DNA from: Candidatus Kerfeldbacteria bacterium
GTDB taxonomy: Bacteria > Patescibacteriota > Patescibacteriia > JACPL01
Direction of reading: 5' to 3'
Assembly (NCBI GenBank): GCA_016182525.1
Contig: JACPGL010000005.1
Location: forward strand, 1 to 46,027
DNA: 46,027 nucleotides
Numbering within the stretch: position 1 is the stretch's first letter; each line of letters begins with the position of its first letter. The notes under the pieces are model-generated. The model was given only the letters and a program-made list of their open reading frames with translations, did no database searches and was not told where the DNA came from. Of this stretch, positions 44,897 to 46,027 are shown one piece after another. Made by a program: the position numbers and the translations under genes.

Positions 44897-46027
44897 TCTT
44901 ACGAGAGTTTGATCCTAGCTCAGGATGAACGCTGGCGGCGTGTTTTAGGCATGCAAGTCGAGTGGTGCCGCAAGGTAACCACGGCAAACGGGTGAGTAAC
45001 ACGTGGACAACGTACCCCGAAGTGGAGCATAACCAGTCGAAAGATTGGATAATACTCCATGTGCTCGTTGAATTTTGTTCAACGCGCAAAGATTTATCGC
45101 TTCGGGAGCGGTCTGCGCCCCATCAGCTTGTTGGTAAGGTAACGGCTTACCAAGGCTCCGACGGGTACCGGGTGTGAGAGCACGACCCGGCTCACTGGGA
45201 CTGAGACACTGCCCAGACTCCTACGGGAGGCTGCAGTTAAGAATCTTCGGCAATGCGCGAAAGCGTGACCGAGCGACGCCGCGTGAAGGAAGAAGCCCTT
45301 CGGGGTGTAAACTTCTTTTCTCAGGGAAGAACTTTTGACTGTACCTGAGGAATAAGGGGCTGCTAACTCTGTGAACCTTTCAGTAGGTTGGTGCAGAGCT
45401 TCTCGAGTAATCGAGAATAGGAAAACTCAGCTTATATGCTGGAACATCGAACTTCGTCCGCTGAAGTCTTCTCTAAATATGGGAGGCGCGGAGTTCGACA
45501 ATCAGCAGGGAAGATTGATTCAACACTCTACCAAAGAAGATTATTCATATATAGATATATGAAAGCAATTTTGATTTGACGCGGCTGGGTATCGAAATGG
45601 TCCAAGATACTGCAAACGTGAACTTGTGGCCTTGGGTAGCCATTCGATATATCAGCGCAAATACCAGTGTAGTGAATAGATCCTGTTCACGCAGGGTAGT
45701 CTATACACTAGACTGGCGCGTCATCTTCTTTGGAAAAGCGTTGGGTCAATCCCCTCAGAGACTGATCCCTTTAAGGGTGAGATCGAAAGTGTCACGCAAG
45801 TGAAATTATACTTTTGATCAGACGCTGAGCTCCCGATTTTTTTCGGGATGATGATATAGTCCAAGGACTTCATGGAGAATGGAGTGGCCAGCAGCAGCGG
45901 TAATACAGAGGCCCCGAGCGTTATCCGGATTTATTGGGCGTAAAGAGTTCTAAGGCGGAACAGGAAGTCAACACGCAAATCTTGAGGCTCAACCTTAAGC
46001 TCCGTGTTGAAACTCCTGTTCTTGAGG
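44897..46027 (+). rRNA. rrs: 16S rRNA, 5' part, intron-containing, runs off the window
   Basis: AGAGTTTGATCCTAGCTCAG, ACTCCTACGGGAGGCTGCAG, GCCAGCAGCAGCGGTAATAC, ATTGGGCGTAAAG; 5' end approximate. Confidence 0.97.
45373..45886 (+). mobile_element. Group I self-splicing intron at 16S position 516 (E. coli numbering)
   Basis: 5' exon ends in U, intron ends in G; P TATGCTGGAA, Q AATCAGCAG, R TCAGAGACT, S GATGATATAGTCC; P3 CTCAGC/GCTGAG. Confidence 0.9.

Noticed and set aside
45371-45803. Intron-encoded homing endonuclease (63- and 75-aa ORFs)
   Set aside because: Too short, no LAGLIDADG/GIY-YIG/HNH motif, and they overlap the ribozyme core

Overview
This is the origin-proximal region of a Patescibacteria (CPR, probably Parcubacteria) chromosome; the taxonomy is inferred from the divergent 16S, gene content and SD-less gene starts. 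In order it holds dnaA-oriC-dnaN, a 1647-aa beta-helix surface protein, four tRNAs, parS sites, an AbiE-type toxin-antitoxin pair, a minus-strand surface-glycan locus, trxA/trxB/aminotransferase/gdh, gyrA, rpmF-nusB-rnc-smc-rpsP-khpA-trmD, and the 5' part of a 16S rRNA gene carrying an S516 group I intron. The best candidate for an undescribed system is a dispersed set of GC-rich ORFan genes (12.7-13.8 kb, 23.1-27.1 kb, 42.9-43.6 kb). Those with an intact start have canonical Shine-Dalgarno sites, which most core genes lack, and several have diderm-type export features (signal peptides, a lipobox, OmpA-like and barrel-like segments). They share DNA modules with each other (signal-peptide block, leader, 3' double hairpin), and at least one has a native-style promoter. 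The second theme is several nested families of short palindromic elements, one set inserted in-frame in a methyltransferase and one splitting a parS site. The SMC appears to lack a hinge. All family assignments are by eye; no database search was run.
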